Assembly (NCBI RefSeq): GCF_000196355.1
Contig: NC_007614.1
Coordinates: 2,550,001-2,582,000 of the forward strand
Direction: 5' to 3'
DNA length: 32,000 bases
DNA from: Nitrosospira multiformis ATCC 25196
GTDB taxonomy: Bacteria > Pseudomonadota > Gammaproteobacteria > Burkholderiales > Nitrosomonadaceae
Under the pieces are notes generated by a model that searched no databases, had not been told where the DNA came from, and saw nothing but the letters and a program-made list of their open reading frames with translations. The position numbers and the translations under genes were made by a program. Shown one piece after another: positions 29,688 to 32,000 of this stretch (position 1 is the stretch's first letter; the number at the start of each line of letters is the position of its first letter).

Positions 29688-30602
29688 CTAACCGTCCACC
29701 GACCACTGTCTGATGAACGGTTCGTAAAAATCGCTGTGTTCGGGGATGGCTCCCCGTATTCCGCAAACCGCACTGGCAAATTGTTGTGCCCGCATCAAGG
29801 TGAGGGGCATATCCCACTCCCGCAGCCGGCCGAACATGAAGACCGCGGAGAACGCGTCCCCCGCTCCGACCGTATCGACAACATCCACTGCCTTGTCCGG
29901 CACGATCGATATTTTTTCTCCCCCACGCTCCAGCCACCAGGCACCGGCTCCGCCGCAAGTGATGAGCATCCCGCATAACTGATATCGCTCAATCAGCGCT
30001 CTGGCCTGAGTCTCGGCATCCGGCTCATCCATATTCATCAGTTGAGCGATGCGATCCAGTTCATCGTTGTTCGCCTTAACGATATCGGCATGCCGCAGCG
30101 ACCAGTCCAGTCGTTCGCCATAAATCCAGGGATCGCGCAGATTGACATCAAAAAAACGTTGGCCGCTGGTTGCACGCAGCATATGACGCAGAGCGCGATG
30201 CGAGTCGGCGCGCTGAGCCAGCGTTCCGAAATAGACCATTTCCGGGTTTGCCGCGAGCGCAGCCATTCGTGCCAGACGTGGATGAATATGATCGTAAGCC
30301 TGGTTAGGGACAATATCGAATCGATGCCCTTCCGCCCCCAGATGAACCGCTACCACGCCTGTAGGATAAACCGAGTCAAGCTGTATGCCATGCGTACTCA
30401 ATCCGGCACTCTCCATCGTCTGCAACAGACGCGCCCCCTCCGCATCCTGGCCTATCCGACTTACAAGAACAGGCGCACAGCCAAAAGCGCGCAAATGGCA
30501 GGCTACATTAAGAGGTGCGCCACCGAGCACGTCCCCGCCGGGGAACCGGTCTATCAGTATTTCGCCAAAAAGAAGCACTGAGTGACGAACCTCGATCATC
30601 AT
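29688..30602 (-). CDS. PfkB-family carbohydrate kinase, probable fructokinase
   Basis: 304 aa: LFGEILIDRFPGGDVLGGAPLNVACHLRAFG...ITCGGAGAWWL...VDVVDTVGAGDAFSAVFMFG. Upstream of and adjacent to the sucrose-phosphate synthase. Confidence 0.92.
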   Translation of the reverse strand: MMIEVRHSVLLFGEILIDRFPGGDVLGGAPLNVACHLRAFGCAPVLVSRIGQDAEGARLLQTMESAGLSTHGIQLDSVYPTGVVAVHLGAEGHRFDIVPNQAYDHIHPRLARMAALAANPEMVYFGTLAQRADSHRALRHMLRATSGQRFFDVNLRDPWIYGERLDWSLRHADIVKANNDELDRIAQLMNMDEPDAETQARALIERYQLCGMLITCGGAGAWWLERGGEKISIVPDKAVDVVDTVGAGDAFSAVFMFGRLREWDMPLTLMRAQQFASAVCGIRGAIPEHSDFYEPFIRQWSVDG

Positions 30603-30851
30603 GATAGCTCGAAAAAAATCGTCGCGAATCTACTCCGGGTTCGCCGACGCACATGAGCGGGCCTTCCTTATACTTCCGTGTGAAGCCATGGGAAAAGAGG
30701 GATATTGCCTGCTATACCAGCCCCTCCAGCAACGCCTGTCCGAAGCTTATTTAAAGCGGGTGCAATGGCACCGATTCAGAAGCTTATTACCTTCCTTTCC
30801 TCGCTGTGAATAAAGGAAGAAGGAAGCATCAGGAGAAAATTCAGGGAAAAA

Positions 30852-31013
30852 ATGAAGAGCGCTGCGCTCTTATTTGTAATGATTACCGCTTCTTTTGCCT
30901 CTTTTCCATCCCCTGTGAAACGGAGTGACCAACAATATTATCAGCTCCGGAAAGATTTCTGTGCAATAGCAGACATACGTCGCGAGCGCGCAACCAATGC
31001 TAACGGGTCCTAA
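30852..31013 (+). CDS. Small predicted secreted protein (53 aa), absent from the ORF track
   Basis: My translation: [53 protein letters not shown]. Hydrophobic signal-like N-terminus and an AGGGA motif upstream. Convergent, overlapping the ubiE stop by 4 bp. Confidence 0.4.
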   Translation: MKSAALLFVMITASFASFPSPVKRSDQQYYQLRKDFCAIADIRRERATNANGS

Positions 31014-31744
31014 AACTTGTATCCGCGGTGCAATGCTACGGCGTTTGCAGCAAGATTGAAATATTGCACGCGCTCGAATCCGGCTTTCTGCATCATTTGC
31101 TTCAACTCCTCCTGGCTTGGATGTACGCGAATGGATTCGGCAAGATACCGGTAGCTATCCCGGTCCTTTGCAACGAGACCCCCCATCGCGGGAAGCACCT
31201 TGAACGAGTAAAGGTCGTAGAGCCGTTGCAGGGGTTTCCATATCCTGGAGAATTCGAGCACGATAACGCAGCCCCCGGGACGTAATACGCGCAGCATCTC
31301 TTTCAGCGCGACATCCTTGTGCGTCATGTTCCTCAGACCAAAAGCAACGCTTACGCAGTCGAAGTAATTGGTAGGGAATGGCAGTTTTTCCGCGTCGCAT
31401 TGGGCAACCGGCACCGCAGTACCTTCATCCAGCAGGCGATCGCGACCAATGGTCAGCATGGAATTGTTGATGTCGGTCAGCCACACCTCTCCCCTGCTCC
31501 CCACCTGCTCAAGGAAGAGCGAGCTCAGATCCGCCGTTCCCCCGGCAATATCCAGTACACGCTCCCCTGTCCGAACTCCGCTCACCTCAATCGCAAATCG
31601 TTTCCACAGACGATGCATGCCCCCCGACATGAGGTCATTCATCAGGTTGTAACGTTCCGCGACAGAATCAAACACACCTGCTACCTCGCGTGCTTTCTCC
31701 GTTTCCGACACGGTCTTAAAGCCGAAATGGGTAGTTCTCGTCAT
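31010..31744 (-). CDS. ubiE: Demethylmenaquinone/2-methoxy-6-polyprenyl-1,4-benzoquinol methyltransferase UbiE
   Basis: 244 aa: [49 protein letters not shown]...[15 protein letters not shown]...[24 protein letters not shown]. Confidence 0.97.
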   Translation of the reverse strand: MTRTTHFGFKTVSETEKAREVAGVFDSVAERYNLMNDLMSGGMHRLWKRFAIEVSGVRTGERVLDIAGGTADLSSLFLEQVGSRGEVWLTDINNSMLTIGRDRLLDEGTAVPVAQCDAEKLPFPTNYFDCVSVAFGLRNMTHKDVALKEMLRVLRPGGCVIVLEFSRIWKPLQRLYDLYSFKVLPAMGGLVAKDRDSYRYLAESIRVHPSQEELKQMMQKAGFERVQYFNLAANAVALHRGYKF

Positions 31745-31799
31745 CGATATTCAAACTTAAATAAAGGGTAAAGGGAGAAGAAGCCTTGTTCCGGATAGC

Positions 31800-32000
31800 T
31801 CAGCTTTTTACCGCTGGTTTCCCGTTCCAGTCCGATAAATACCCGGGCCGTTCCCGACTGGCTCCCGCTTCTTCCATTCGGCGCAGGTAGCGCTGCCACA
31901 TTTCATCCTGGTGCAGCCCATACTCGTAGAGCAGATCCCAGGAATAAAGCCCGGTATTATGGCCATCAGAAAACGTCAGTTGGATCGCATAGTTGCCTAC
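31800..32000 (-). CDS. DUF971 / gamma-butyrobetaine hydroxylase-like N-terminal domain protein, C-terminal part (gene runs off the window)
   Basis: The reverse complement reads VGNYAIQLTFSDGHNTGLYSWDLLYEYGLHQDEMWQRYLRRMEEAGASRERPGYLSDWNGKPAVKS*, with the characteristic F.DGH.TG.YSW.YL motif. Adjacent to ubiE. Confidence 0.85.
   Translation of the reverse strand, partial: VGNYAIQLTFSDGHNTGLYSWDLLYEYGLHQDEMWQRYLRRMEEAGASRERPGYLSDWNGKPAVKS

Noticed and set aside
1-32000. CRISPR arrays, tRNA/rRNA genes, integrases or transposases
   Set aside because: No regularly spaced direct repeats, recognisable tRNA cloverleaf or rRNA segments, or transposase/integrase motifs were noticed by eye. A tRNAscan-SE, Infernal and repeat-finder run would be needed to exclude small or degenerate examples.

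Overview
The 32 kb window looks like a betaproteobacterial chromosome segment, most consistent with an ammonia oxidiser of the Nitrosospira/Nitrosomonas type. That assignment rests on gene content and is an inference. Housekeeping genes bracket it: partial mnmA, a NUDIX hydrolase, icd, a cold-shock gene, clpS-clpA and dodecin on the left; ubiE and a partial DUF971 gene on the right. The interior holds three metabolic modules, all on the minus strand. (1) A cyanophycin locus: an ABC exporter-like protein with an N-terminal extension and zinc ribbon, a DUF1854 protein, and two tandem cyanophycin synthetase paralogs. One paralog has lost its Mur-ligase P-loop and its whole C-terminal domain. (2) A probable ovothiol cassette: ovoA, a PatB/MalY-type PLP lyase (OvoB candidate) overlapping it by 4 bp, and a downstream EamA exporter. 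(3) A sucrose cassette: fructokinase, a sucrose-phosphate synthase with a HAD phosphatase domain, and sucrose synthase, with reading frames separated by 7 bp or overlapping by 17 bp. Other genes include thiopurine methyltransferase, a Slp-like lipoprotein, a GNAT-like protein, a solo TIR-like protein beside a RidA-family protein, and a LuxR-HTH fragment. There is also a 53-aa predicted secreted microprotein missing from the supplied ORF track. No CRISPR array, tRNA, rRNA or convincing mobile element was seen. The best leads are the degenerate CphA paralog with its dedicated ABC/DUF1854 pair, the ovothiol cassette, and the solo TIR gene. These are family-level inferences, not demonstrated new systems.
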